A DNA stretch of 64,000 bases from NCBI GenBank assembly GCA_038231275.1, contig JBBRLQ010000021.1, positions 68,957 to 132,956 of the forward strand, written 5' to 3'. Shown here one piece after another: positions 21,852 to 32,743 of the stretch. Under the pieces are notes generated by a model. The model was given only the letters and a program-made list of their open reading frames with translations. It made no database searches and was not told the origin of the DNA. Position 1 is the stretch's first letter. Every line of letters starts with the position of its first letter. The translations under genes and the position numbers were made by a program. The stretch comes from Polyangiales bacterium (GTDB lineage Bacteria > Myxococcota_A > Polyangia > Polyangiales > Polyangiaceae).

Positions 21852-23441
21852 ATGATGACCTCGACGCGCAGCGTGTTCGCGATCGCCTCGCTCGCCCTCG
21901 CCTCCATCGCCTTGGGGTGCGGAGGCCACGACGGCGAATCCGCCTCCCAAGGTGTCTCGAGCGACGAGCTCGGCGCGGGGCGCTACGGCGTCGACTATTC
22001 GTTCGCGCGCCCTTCGCCCGCCACGCTGCGCGCCAACGGCTACACGTTCGCCGTGCGCTACCTCAGCTACGAGCCGGCGAAGAACCTCTCGCGCGGCGAG
22101 GCGCAGGCGCTGATCGCCGCCGGCATCGACGTTGTCTCCAACTGGGAAGAAGGCGCGAGCGACGCCCTCAAAGGTTTCGCGCGCGGCGCGTCCGACGCCA
22201 GCGAGGCCGCGCGTCAGGCCGCGGAGGACGGCGCGCCCGCGTCGCGCCCGATCTACTTCAGCGTCGACTTCGACGTGCAACCGAGCCAGCTCGCCGCGGT
22301 CGAGGCGTACTTCGAGGGCGTTGCCTCGGTCATCGGCGTCGCACGCACCGGCGTGTACGGCGGGTACTACGTCGTCAGTCAGCTCTTCGACGCCGGTCGA
22401 ATCAAGTACGGCTGGCAGACATACGCGTGGTCGCGCGGCAAATGGGATCCGCGCGCGCAGGCGCGTCAGATTCAGAACAGCATCCTCGGCGGAACCTGCG
22501 ACAAGGACCAAGCCATCGCCGCGGACTTCGGGCAATGGGGAAGCGGCGGCGCACCGAGCGGCGGCAAGGGCGTCGCGGAGATCGCGTTCCAGGCGAACAC
22601 ATCGAGCCTCTGGACGGTCGGCAACGCGGGCAACAAGGACTGGGGCCTCGGCATGATGCCCGGAACGAGCCCGAGCATCGCCGCGCTCGAAGGCGGCGGC
22701 TTCGAGGTCGCCTTCCAAGCGAACACCGGCGACCTCTGGACGGTCGGCGACGCCGGCAACACGAACTGGCACCTCGGAATGATGGCGGGCTCGAGCCCGG
22801 CGATCACCGGCCTGAAGGGCGGCGGCTTCGAGGTCGCGTTCCAGGCGAACACGACGAACCTCTGGACCGTCGGCAACGCGGGTAACAAGGACTGGGCCCT
22901 CGGCATGATGAAGGGCACGAGCCCGAGCATCACGGGGCTCGACACGGGCGGCTTCGAGGTCGCGTTCCAGGCGAACACGACGAACCTCTGGACCGTCGGC
23001 GATGCGGGCAACCAGGACTGGCAGCTCGGAATGCACAGCGCATCGAGCCCCAGCATCACCGCGCTCGCCGGCGGCAAATTCCAAGTCGCGTTCGAGGCGA
23101 ACACGACGAACCTCTGGACCGTCGGCGACGCCGGCAACAGGGACTGGCAGCTCGGAATGTACGCGGGCACGAGCCCGAGCATCGCGGCGCTCGGCGGCGG
23201 CAGCTTCCAGGTCGCGTTCCAGGCGAACACGACGAGCCTCTGGACCGTCGGCGACGGCGGCGACAAGGACTGGGGCCTCGGAATGATGCCCGGCTCGAGC
23301 CCGAGCATTTCGTCGCTCGGGGGTGGCGGCTTCCACGCGACGTTCGAGGCGAACACGACGAGCCTGTGGTCCGCCGGCACCGACGGAGTCACCGACATGC
23401 AGCTCGGCATGATGAAGGGAACCGGCCCGTCGGGATCCTGA
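21852..23441 (+). CDS. DUF1906 (Rv2525c-like) putative peptidoglycan hydrolase lipoprotein with a 7-repeat C-terminal domain
   Basis: GVDY...VRYLS...IYFSVDFD...GVYG...WQT..WS motifs; lipobox ALGC. Confidence 0.85.
   Translation: MMTSTRSVFAIASLALASIALGCGGHDGESASQGVSSDELGAGRYGVDYSFARPSPATLRANGYTFAVRYLSYEPAKNLSRGEAQALIAAGIDVVSNWEEGASDALKGFARGASDASEAARQAAEDGAPASRPIYFSVDFDVQPSQLAAVEAYFEGVASVIGVARTGVYGGYYVVSQLFDAGRIKYGWQTYAWSRGKWDPRAQARQIQNSILGGTCDKDQAIAADFGQWGSGGAPSGGKGVAEIAFQANTSSLWTVGNAGNKDWGLGMMPGTSPSIAALEGGGFEVAFQANTGDLWTVGDAGNTNWHLGMMAGSSPAITGLKGGGFEVAFQANTTNLWTVGNAGNKDWALGMMKGTSPSITGLDTGGFEVAFQANTTNLWTVGDAGNQDWQLGMHSASSPSITALAGGKFQVAFEANTTNLWTVGDAGNRDWQLGMYAGTSPSIAALGGGSFQVAFQANTTSLWTVGDGGDKDWGLGMMPGSSPSISSLGGGGFHATFEANTTSLWSAGTDGVTDMQLGMMKGTGPSGS
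22578..23438 (+). repeat. Seven tandem ~126-bp (42-aa) intragenic repeats
   Basis: Unit [EQ]VAFQANTTNLWTVGDAGNKDWxLGMMxGTSPSIxxLxGGxF; the last copy is shorter. Confidence 0.95.
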
Positions 23442-23459
23442 CCCGCGCGCCTCGTCGGG

Positions 23460-23645
23460 GGAAACGGACACGACGAGACTGTCCGCATGTCGTGGTCGGT
23501 CGAGAAGGACTGCGTGCGCGAGACGCGCGGACGGGTCGACGGACGGCGGCGTCACGTGGAAGCCGATGTTCGACATGGTGTTCCGCCGTCACGCGCCGAA
23601 GGTTACGGCCGACCGCGACGGAGCACGTCGGCGACACGGTGGGTA
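23460..23645 (+). pseudogene. Frameshifted C-terminal gene remnant with an Asp-box motif
   Basis: TVRMSWSVEKDCVRE in one frame continues as GSTDGGVTWKPMFDMVFRR in another. Confidence 0.45.
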
Positions 23646-23764
23646 AGGCTCGTCCCTTCGATGGTTCGCCCGCTTCCCATCTGGACCTCGAGGCGTCCAG
23701 GCAAAAGGTCCAGTTTCATGCCCCTCGGCGCATGAATTCCGGCCGCTTTTAGCGCGAATTTTGG

Positions 23765-23779
23765 TGGATCGACAGTTGC
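23765..23779 (+). promoter_or_regulatory. Sigma54-type promoter
   Basis: TGGATCG-ACAG-TTGC, 14 nt before ATG 23793. Confidence 0.7.
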
Positions 23780-23792
23780 GTGGGAGTGGGCA

Positions 23793-24914
23793 ATGCCAAT
23801 CCGCCGCGTGGGTCGACGCGCCTCGCTGATTCTCCTGTTGGCGGCGGTGGCCTGCGGCAGCTCTCCGCGCGACTCGGCGCCTCCCGCCCCCGATGGCGCC
23901 GTCGCGACGACCGACTCCGGTGCTCCCGCGGACCTCGACGCTGGCAGCCCGAGCGATGCGTACGACGGGAGCGACGCGGGATTTCCGGCGATCGACGCGT
24001 CCGCGCTGACGCCGTGCCCCACGACCGGCGCGGGCGCGTTCGCGGTCACGGGCGTCACGTGCTTCAACGCGACGCCTGCTGCGATCGGCGCGACCGCCAC
24101 CGGCGAGAACGCGACGGTCCCCCACTACGCGATTCGTCCATCGGCCGCGGCGCCGGCTACCTTGGTCCTCTTCCTCGTGGGCAGCGGCGGGAAGCCGTCC
24201 GGCGTCGTGAGGACCGATCCGACGGTGAACCTCTACGCCGCCGCCGCCGCCGCCGGGCGCGCCGTGCTCGGCCTCGCGTACAAGAACGACGCGTCGCTCG
24301 GCAGCCTCTGCAAGCGCGCCGACGCCTGCTACTTCCCGTCGCGCAAGAGCATCATCCTCGGCGGATCGGAGCCGGGGTCTGCCATCGACGTGACGCCGGA
24401 CGAGAGCGTCGTCGACCGCACGGCGCGCGCGCTCCGCTTCTTGGCGGCCGGGGATCCCGGCGGCGGATGGGGAGACTTCCTCACGACGCGCGATCCCGGC
24501 GCCGATCCGACGGCGGCGATCGCGTGGCCCAAGATCCTCGTCGCCGGGCATTCGCAAGGAGGCGGGCACGCCGCGGCGATCGCGAAGCTCTTTCCCGTCG
24601 CGCGCGTCGTGCAGCTCTCCTCCACGTGCGACGGCACGACCGGCGGCGCCGCGGTCTCGTGGACGAACGGCGCCGCGGGGCCGTGGGCCACCGATCCGGC
24701 GCAATTTTACGGGTTCGCGGCAACATCCACGCTGGCGCCCGACGGCACGGGCGACACGACGTGCCCATACCACACGCTCAATTGGGCGAACCTGGGCATG
24801 CTGCCGTCACGCCAGAACGACGCCGCGGCGCTCTGCGGCGCGACGGGAGACACGCACAGCGCGTCGCTCCAGTGCAAAGACAACTACCCCGCGTGGCTTC
24901 AGCTGTTTCAGTGA
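23793..24914 (+). CDS. Alpha/beta-hydrolase lipoprotein (BPSS1187-like)
   Basis: Nucleophile elbow AGHSQGGG; lipobox AVAC; C-terminal His. Confidence 0.8.
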   Translation: MPIRRVGRRASLILLLAAVACGSSPRDSAPPAPDGAVATTDSGAPADLDAGSPSDAYDGSDAGFPAIDASALTPCPTTGAGAFAVTGVTCFNATPAAIGATATGENATVPHYAIRPSAAAPATLVLFLVGSGGKPSGVVRTDPTVNLYAAAAAAGRAVLGLAYKNDASLGSLCKRADACYFPSRKSIILGGSEPGSAIDVTPDESVVDRTARALRFLAAGDPGGGWGDFLTTRDPGADPTAAIAWPKILVAGHSQGGGHAAAIAKLFPVARVVQLSSTCDGTTGGAAVSWTNGAAGPWATDPAQFYGFAATSTLAPDGTGDTTCPYHTLNWANLGMLPSRQNDAAALCGATGDTHSASLQCKDNYPAWLQLFQ

Positions 24915-24925
24915 GGTCGCGCGCA

Positions 24926-25855
24926 TCAGTCCTCTTCCGCGCGTCCGCGGTACGGGTGTCGCGTCGAGAGTCGCCCGATGCGCGGCTCGCGGTCGGAGTC
25001 GGCGTCGGAGTCGGAGTCGGAGTCGGAGTCGGGGTCGGAGTCGGAGTCGGAGTCGGCGTCGGCGTCGGCGTCGGAGTCGGCGTCGGACCACGGGTCGCGC
25101 TTCGGCGACGGATCAAACTCGTTGGGGACGTCGATCGCCCCGCCGGTGTCGTCGCTCTCCTCCTCCTCGGCCGCCAAGATCGCCTCGAGCGATGGCGTCG
25201 TGCCGTCCTCCAGGTAACGCCGCCATAGCTCCGGATGCTCGCGCTCGCACAGCTTCCGGAGCGCCATGTCGCGAATCCGCACGATGGGCTTGCCGTCGGT
25301 GCTGCTGCGCGGCCGGTTCCGTAGCTCGCTCGGTGGGTAGACCGTGAGCTCGATCGGGAAGAGGTCGGCGACGTTCACGTGCGTGAAATCCTGGTTCTTG
25401 CCGTTCTTGCGGATGCTCACGCGCTGCGTCTCGTGCGTCCAGCCGAGGCCCGCGACGTGCGCCTCGACGCCCGCGGCGTCCCACGCGAACACGTGGAGAT
25501 CGACGTCGCTGCCGCTGCGGACGTGGCCGGTGGCGACGGAGCCGATCAGGCGCGGCGTGAATTTTTGGAGCGCCTCCATCGCCTCGAGCGCGCAGATGCG
25601 CATCGCGAAGAGGCGCTGCGTGCGACCCTCTCCTTCGATCTCCGTGACGAGCTCGAGGAGCGCCTGCTTGATCTCGCCGTTCGACGGCAAATCCCGCGGA
25701 CGGTAGCGCATCGCCTTGGCGTCCGCCTGGCCGAGCAGCCGCTTGGCCGCGAGGCGCTTCGCGGTGAAGTACTGCTTCACCTCTTCGCCGTACATAATCT
25801 GCGCGGCGAGCTGGGCGATCGCGGCGCGGAGGCCGCCATAGCGTTCCCAGCTCAT
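24926..25855 (-). CDS. DNA polymerase beta-superfamily nucleotidyltransferase with an acidic (DS)n tail
   Basis: LIGSVATG...SDVDLHV (GS...DxD) motif; N-terminal AKRLAA...LPSNGEI helical region. Confidence 0.85.
   Translation of the reverse strand: MSWERYGGLRAAIAQLAAQIMYGEEVKQYFTAKRLAAKRLLGQADAKAMRYRPRDLPSNGEIKQALLELVTEIEGEGRTQRLFAMRICALEAMEALQKFTPRLIGSVATGHVRSGSDVDLHVFAWDAAGVEAHVAGLGWTHETQRVSIRKNGKNQDFTHVNVADLFPIELTVYPPSELRNRPRSSTDGKPIVRIRDMALRKLCEREHPELWRRYLEDGTTPSLEAILAAEEEESDDTGGAIDVPNEFDPSPKRDPWSDADSDADADADSDSDSDPDSDSDSDSDADSDREPRIGRLSTRHPYRGRAEED
24990..25086. repeat. GAGTCG/GCGTCG hexamer tandem repeat, read as Asp-Ser/Asp-Ala in the nucleotidyltransferase tail
   Basis: Directly visible in the sequence. 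Confidence 0.9.
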
Positions 25856-26328
25856 CGCGCGTCGGGGTCGAAGCTCCCGTCGTCGGCGTTCAGGGTGTCG
25901 TGGGCTCCGTCGAAGAGCGCGTCGTACGCGTCGATTGCCGGGGTGACGCGCGCGCGCGGATCGCGGCCGGTGAGGTCCCACCTGCGAAGCTGTTCCAGAT
26001 CGCGAAGCGCCGCGGTGCCGAGCCATCGTCGCCGCGTGCGTCGCGCGTTCTTGAGCAGATCGAGGTGATGGCGCACGAGCCAGACGGCGCGCGCCGGGAG
26101 CAGGCCCTCGAGGAGATCGGCGCCGACCTCGTCGTGGAGCGGCCCGTCGATGGCCTTGCCGACGTCGTGGAAGAGCGCGGCGGCCCAGAGCACGCGATCG
26201 TCCGTCGCGCGCCGCGCGAGCGCGAAGACTTGCAGCGAGTGGTAGAGCGCGTCCCCTTCGGGGTGCCAGCGCGGGGATTGTTCGATGCCGTCGAGACCGG
26301 AGAGGAGCGAGAACAGTTCGTCGTTCAT
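25852..26328 (-). CDS. HD-domain phosphohydrolase
   Basis: QSPRWHPEGDALYH...LFHDVGK...H...HH; ATGA overlap with the nucleotidyltransferase gene. Confidence 0.9.
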   Translation of the reverse strand: MNDELFSLLSGLDGIEQSPRWHPEGDALYHSLQVFALARRATDDRVLWAAALFHDVGKAIDGPLHDEVGADLLEGLLPARAVWLVRHHLDLLKNARRTRRRWLGTAALRDLEQLRRWDLTGRDPRARVTPAIDAYDALFDGAHDTLNADDGSFDPDAR

Positions 26329-26700
26329 TCACCAGCGGGGCGACTCGCCGCCGCGTGGCCGCCTCGCGATGGCGAGCGCGACCCAAGGGAGAGGATAGCG
26401 CAACCCGGGTCGGCGGCCATCGCGCGCGCAGGTACCCCGATCCGGCACCCTCCTGCGGCGATGGGATGGACGCGGCAGGCGCCATCGCAGGGAGCGGCGG
26501 CGCCGCGCACGCGGACGAAAGGAGCCAGGGGACAGCGATGACGAAACGCAGCGATCGAATGTTCATGGCGGGGCGATTTGGCAGCCCCGCACCGACGAGC
26601 AGGGCAGACCGACGCGATTTCGCGTGTCGTTCGGGCCGACGAGGCGGTCCCTCGCAAGGGACGGGCCGCGGCGTGCACCGCGCGGGTCTCGCCCGCCGCC

Positions 26701-27375
26701 TCAGGACGAGAGCAAGGGTTCGAGATCGAAGACCGGCATCCCTGCGTCCTCGAGCAGGCGCTCCAGATGTTCGGTGAGCCCTCGCCGGCGCGAGGGGATT
26801 TTGTGCTCGGCCTCGACGAGACGACGACGACCCTCGTGCAAGCGCCACGCGATCGTGCCGCGCGAGCAGCCCTGTACGACGGCGGCTTCCGCGTTGGAGA
26901 GTCCCTGCAAGGTCACGAGGACCACGGTCGTGCGCATCTCCGTCGGCAGCGCGTCGAGCGCGCGGAGGACACGCGCGTAGGTTTGGCGAAGCTCGGCGGC
27001 GCGGCGCGGATCGCCGTCGGCGTCGACTTGCACCGCGCGCTCGATGCGCGGATCGGCCTCGTCGATCGACGACTCGCTGCGACGAGCGTGGGTGCGCCGC
27101 GCGTCGAGCGCGCGGTTGACGGTGAGGCGATAGACCCAGGTGAAGAACTCGCTGCGGCCTTCGAACTGCTCGAGGGCCCGGAACGCGCGCAGGAACACGT
27201 CTTGGACGATGTCGTCCGCGTCGCTCTCGGAGCCCGACAGGTGCAGCGCGAGCGCGAAGATGCGCTTGCGGTACCGGCGCACGAGCGCATCGAACGCGCG
27301 CGGCTCACCCGCCTTGGCGCGCGCCACGAGGAGCGCCGCGGTCGCAGCCTCGCGCTGGGCAGGTGTGGTCATCAC
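26701..27375 (-). CDS. ECF RNA polymerase sigma factor
   Basis: DIVQDVFLRAF, FFTWVYRL; region 4 GLSNAEAA...GTIAWRLHEGR. Confidence 0.93.
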   Translation of the reverse strand: MMTTPAQREAATAALLVARAKAGEPRAFDALVRRYRKRIFALALHLSGSESDADDIVQDVFLRAFRALEQFEGRSEFFTWVYRLTVNRALDARRTHARRSESSIDEADPRIERAVQVDADGDPRRAAELRQTYARVLRALDALPTEMRTTVVLVTLQGLSNAEAAVVQGCSRGTIAWRLHEGRRRLVEAEHKIPSRRRGLTEHLERLLEDAGMPVFDLEPLLSS

Positions 27376-27423
27376 GGTCTTGGACGTCGCGAGGGGCTCA
27401 TTGGTTGGGGAAATCTTCGCGCC

Positions 27424-27447
27424 AACCGACGACCGGCGCGCGACGTC
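27424..27447 (+). promoter_or_regulatory. Candidate ECF promoter AAC-N17-CGTC
   Basis: Classical ECF -35/-10 pattern directly before ATG 27459, divergent from an ECF gene. Confidence 0.5.
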
Positions 27448-27458
27448 TGACCTGCACG

Positions 27459-28604
27459 ATGAAGCTCACGTGCCCCGCCTGCCACGCCAAATACTCGATC
27501 TCCGACGAACGCTTTGCCGGGAGGAGGGTGACCATCCGCTGCAGACGCTGCGGCGAAGCCTTCCCCGTCGAAGTGCCGGGAGAGAGTGACCAAATGTGCG
27601 ACACGCCGCCGATCTCGATGCCGGCCCCCCTGGTGGGCGAGCGGAACGAGAGCAGCGTCCTCTTCTCGCTGGCGACGCTGGCGAGGACGGCAACGCCTCT
27701 GCCCGCGACGGCGCCGACCGACGCGTCGTCGCTGATCGATCTGCGCGCGCTCTCCTCGGCAATGGCGAAAGAAGGTGCGAGGGACGGAGAGGAGGCGTCG
27801 TCGTCGCGCGTCGATGAGGTCCTCCACTTGGGTGGCGCGTCTCTGTTCGGTCCGCTCGCCGCGCCGTTGGCGCTCGATCCGGTCGACGATCCGGACGCGA
27901 GGCGGAGCAAAATGCCGCTGGCCCTCGCGTCGACGATGCTGGCCATCGTTGTCCTCGTAGGCGCTGCGCTGTTCGCCACGGCCAGCGCGCCGTCGCCGGC
28001 GTTGGCGCAGCTCCCAACCGCCTTCGACACGCGGCCGACCGCGTCACCGCTGCCGAGCATCGCACCGACCACGCCCCCGACCGCGACCACGACCACGACC
28101 GCGACTACGACCACGACCGCGACCACGACCGCGACCGCGACCGCGACCGCGACGACGACCACGACCACGACGGCGACCAGATGGACGACGGGGAACGCGA
28201 CCGCGACCGCGAACCCGGCGTCGGCCGCGGCAACGACGGTGACGCCGAAGTGTTGTCTCGGGGAGTCCGCGACGAGCTGTCAGGTTCGCCTCAGCGTCGG
28301 TGCGCCATGCGGCGAGGCGCCGGCTCCGTCGTCCACGCCGTCGACGTCTGCATTCGATCGAACCAGCGCCGCTCGCGCCCTCGCGATCGACGTCGCCGCC
28401 TGCAAGCGGGCGGACGGCCCGAGCGGGGCGGGGCACGTGCGCGTGACGTTCCAGCCGAGCGGGTCGGTGTCCGCCGTCGACGTCGCGCCGCCCTTCGCCG
28501 GCACCGCGACCGGTGGATGCATCTCGCAGCGCTACCGCGGCGTCAGCGTACCTGCGTTCTCGGGGGGCGCGCTGACCGTCGGCAAGAGCTTCGCGATCCC
28601 GTGA
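27459..28604 (+). CDS. Zinc-ribbon (MJ0042-type) membrane protein with a TonB-C/AgmX-GltJ-like C-terminus
   Basis: CPAC...CRRC; GERNESSVLFSL; TM segment; Thr-rich linker; VRVTFQPSGSV. Confidence 0.8.
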   Translation: MKLTCPACHAKYSISDERFAGRRVTIRCRRCGEAFPVEVPGESDQMCDTPPISMPAPLVGERNESSVLFSLATLARTATPLPATAPTDASSLIDLRALSSAMAKEGARDGEEASSSRVDEVLHLGGASLFGPLAAPLALDPVDDPDARRSKMPLALASTMLAIVVLVGAALFATASAPSPALAQLPTAFDTRPTASPLPSIAPTTPPTATTTTTATTTTTATTTATATATATTTTTTTATRWTTGNATATANPASAAATTVTPKCCLGESATSCQVRLSVGAPCGEAPAPSSTPSTSAFDRTSAARALAIDVAACKRADGPSGAGHVRVTFQPSGSVSAVDVAPPFAGTATGGCISQRYRGVSVPAFSGGALTVGKSFAIP

Positions 28605-28726
28605 GATCCGTGTCGACGGGGCCGCGATGTTTGCGCTCCGCATGCTGTCTTTGCGCCGAGGCGCTCCGAAGATCCGCGAAATGCACAAAGAGCCGGCGGG
28701 GTGTGGATCGTGCACCCGATGCCGAG

Positions 28727-29821
28727 ATGACCAAGAAAATGCGCGTCGCGCTCGTCGCCGAGCTCGGCAAGCCGCTCGTGGATGCGGAGTGGGACGTGCC
28801 GTCTCCGGGACCCGGCGAGATCCTCGTCGCCACCGAGGCGTGCGGCGTTTGCCACACGGATCTCCACGCGGCGGCCGGCGATTGGCCAGTGAAGCCGAAG
28901 ACGCCGTTCGTTCCCGGCCACGAGGCGATCGGCCGCGTCGTCGCGCTCGGCCTGGGCGTCACGAACGTCAAGGAGGGGGATCGCGTGGGCGTGCCGTGGC
29001 TCTACTCGGCGTGCGGGTATTGTGAGCACTGCCTCGCAGCGTGGGAGACGGTCTGCGCGAAGGCCGAGTTCGGCGGCTACACCAAGAACGGCGGCTTCGC
29101 AGAGTACCTCCTCGCCGATCCGAGCTACGTCGCGCGCATCCCGGCGAGCCTCGACCCGAAGCAAGCCGCGCCGCTCATCTGCGCGGGCGTCACGTCGTAC
29201 AAGGGCATCAAGGAGACCAAGACCAGACCGGGGGAGTGGCTCGTCGTCTCGGGCGCCGGAGGCCTCGGCCATCTCGCGATCCAGTACGCGAAGGCGATGG
29301 GGCTCCACGTCTGCGCCGTCGACATCGACGACGCGAAGCTCGCGCAGGCCAAGGCGCTCGGCGCCGATCTCGTCGTCAACGCGGCGCACCCCGGTGCGGC
29401 CGAGGCGGTCACCAAGGGCACGGGCGGGGGCGCGCACGGCGTGCTCATCACCGCGCCGTCGCTCGGCGCGTTCAAGCAAGGCGTCGCGATGACCCGCAAG
29501 CGCGGCACGTGCGTCCTCGTGGGCTTGCCGCCGGGAGATTTTCCCGTGCCCCTCTTCGACGTCGTGGCCAACTGCGTAACGATCCGCGGTTCGTTTGTCG
29601 GCACCCGCGAGGACATGGCCGAGGCGCTCGCCTTCGCGGCCGACGGCAAGGTGAAGGCCGAGATCGAGCTCCAGCCCCTCTCGGCGATTAATTCGGTCTT
29701 CGATCGGCTGAGGCACGGCGGCGTGGCCGGCCGCGTCGTCCTCGACTTCGCCGAGGCCACAGCCGGCGTTCGCCCGACGACGTCTCTGCCCAAGAACGGA
29801 GCTTCCGCGGGCGTTCGTTAG
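28727..29821 (+). CDS. adhP: Zinc-dependent alcohol dehydrogenase (propanol-preferring type)
   Basis: CHTDLH, PGHE, structural zinc motif CGYCEHC...C, GAGGLG. Confidence 0.92.
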   Translation: MTKKMRVALVAELGKPLVDAEWDVPSPGPGEILVATEACGVCHTDLHAAAGDWPVKPKTPFVPGHEAIGRVVALGLGVTNVKEGDRVGVPWLYSACGYCEHCLAAWETVCAKAEFGGYTKNGGFAEYLLADPSYVARIPASLDPKQAAPLICAGVTSYKGIKETKTRPGEWLVVSGAGGLGHLAIQYAKAMGLHVCAVDIDDAKLAQAKALGADLVVNAAHPGAAEAVTKGTGGGAHGVLITAPSLGAFKQGVAMTRKRGTCVLVGLPPGDFPVPLFDVVANCVTIRGSFVGTREDMAEALAFAADGKVKAEIELQPLSAINSVFDRLRHGGVAGRVVLDFAEATAGVRPTTSLPKNGASAGVR

Positions 29822-29844
29822 GTTCGGAAACCGCTTTAGGACCG

Positions 29845-30561
29845 CTACCCGATGCCCGCGACGCCGAGCAGGTGACCGATGAGCGCGGTCGTCGCCATCG
29901 CCGCGCCGCCGCCCACGACGACGCGCAGCGCGGCCCTGCCCATCGGGGCTCCGCCGAGCCGTCCGCCGAGCGCGCCGAGCACGGCGAGGCTCGCCAGGCT
30001 GAGCAGCGCGATCGCGGCGACGCGCAATGGCGCCGGCGCGAGGAGGAGCGCGAGGATCGGGAGTAGGCCGAGGGCGGTGAAGCTCGCCGCCGAGACCAGC
30101 GCCGCCTGGACCGGGCGCGCGAGCTTCGAGGGCTCGAGGCCGAGCTCGTCGCGCAGGTGGGCGGCCAGGCGGTTGCCGCGACTGAGCTGCTCCGCGACGT
30201 TCGCCGCGAGATCGGCGTCGAGGCCGCGCGCGCGGTAGATCGCTGTGAGCTCGACGAGCTCTCCCTTGGGATCGCGTGCGAGCTCCCGCTTCTCGAGGGA
30301 GATGTCGGCCTCCTCGGCGTCCCGCTGCGAGCTGACCGAGACATACTCTCCTGCCGCCATCGACAGCGCGCCTGCAACGAGCCCTGCGATGCCGGCGACG
30401 AGCACGGTCCCGTTCGACGCGGACGCGGACGCGGACGCGACGCCGATCATCAAGCTCGCGGTGGACACGACGCCGTCGTCGGCGCCGAGGACGGCCGCGC
30501 GCAGCCAGCTCCCGCGGCTGGCGCGGTGGCGCTCGATCGTGGTTGGGCTCCGGGCGTTCAT
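29845..30561 (-). CDS. VIT1/CCC1 family Fe/Mn transporter
   Basis: LRAAVLGADDG, AGALSMAAGEYVSVSSQ. Confidence 0.93.
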   Translation of the reverse strand: MNARSPTTIERHRASRGSWLRAAVLGADDGVVSTASLMIGVASASASASNGTVLVAGIAGLVAGALSMAAGEYVSVSSQRDAEEADISLEKRELARDPKGELVELTAIYRARGLDADLAANVAEQLSRGNRLAAHLRDELGLEPSKLARPVQAALVSAASFTALGLLPILALLLAPAPLRVAAIALLSLASLAVLGALGGRLGGAPMGRAALRVVVGGGAAMATTALIGHLLGVAGIG

Positions 30562-30616
30562 CGGCGCGAGGATACGTCACCTGAAGAGCAACGCGCGCCG
30601 CGCTCCTCAATCCTCG

Positions 30617-32530
<1,914 letters not shown>

Positions 32531-32574
32531 GGGGTGTGGTCCTTCCGACAAGCGGGTTGCGCGCCCCTGAGCGA

Positions 32575-32632
32575 GCAACTTCCGGGCCCCGCCGCCGATG
32601 CACTCGCGGGCGCAAAGACGCGTCGTTTGCGC
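32575..32632 (-). promoter_or_regulatory. Sigma54-type promoter with an upstream palindrome for dnaK
   Basis: Minus-strand GGGCCCGGAAGTTGC (32575-32589); near-palindrome GCGCAAAGACGCGTCGTTTGCGC (32610-32632). Confidence 0.55.
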
Positions 32633-32743
32633 GCAACGCGTGCGTCGCTCGTGGCGAGAACGCGGACCGGGGCGCTCCTGCGCGCCCGATCCCGACGGAC
32701 CCGCTCGGATAGGTCAGGTGCGGTGCCGTGGCGCGCGGCCGAC

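Noticed and set aside
22578..23438. CRISPR array
   Set aside because: The repeats are in-frame 126-bp coding units without unique spacers, and no cas genes are present.
25856..26848. Long N-terminal extension of the nucleotidyltransferase ORF, including a signal-peptide-like MNIRSLRF... segment, overlapping the HD gene
   Set aside because: The extension is Arg/Ala-rich shadow-frame sequence; the ATGA coupling at 25852-25855 gives a better start.
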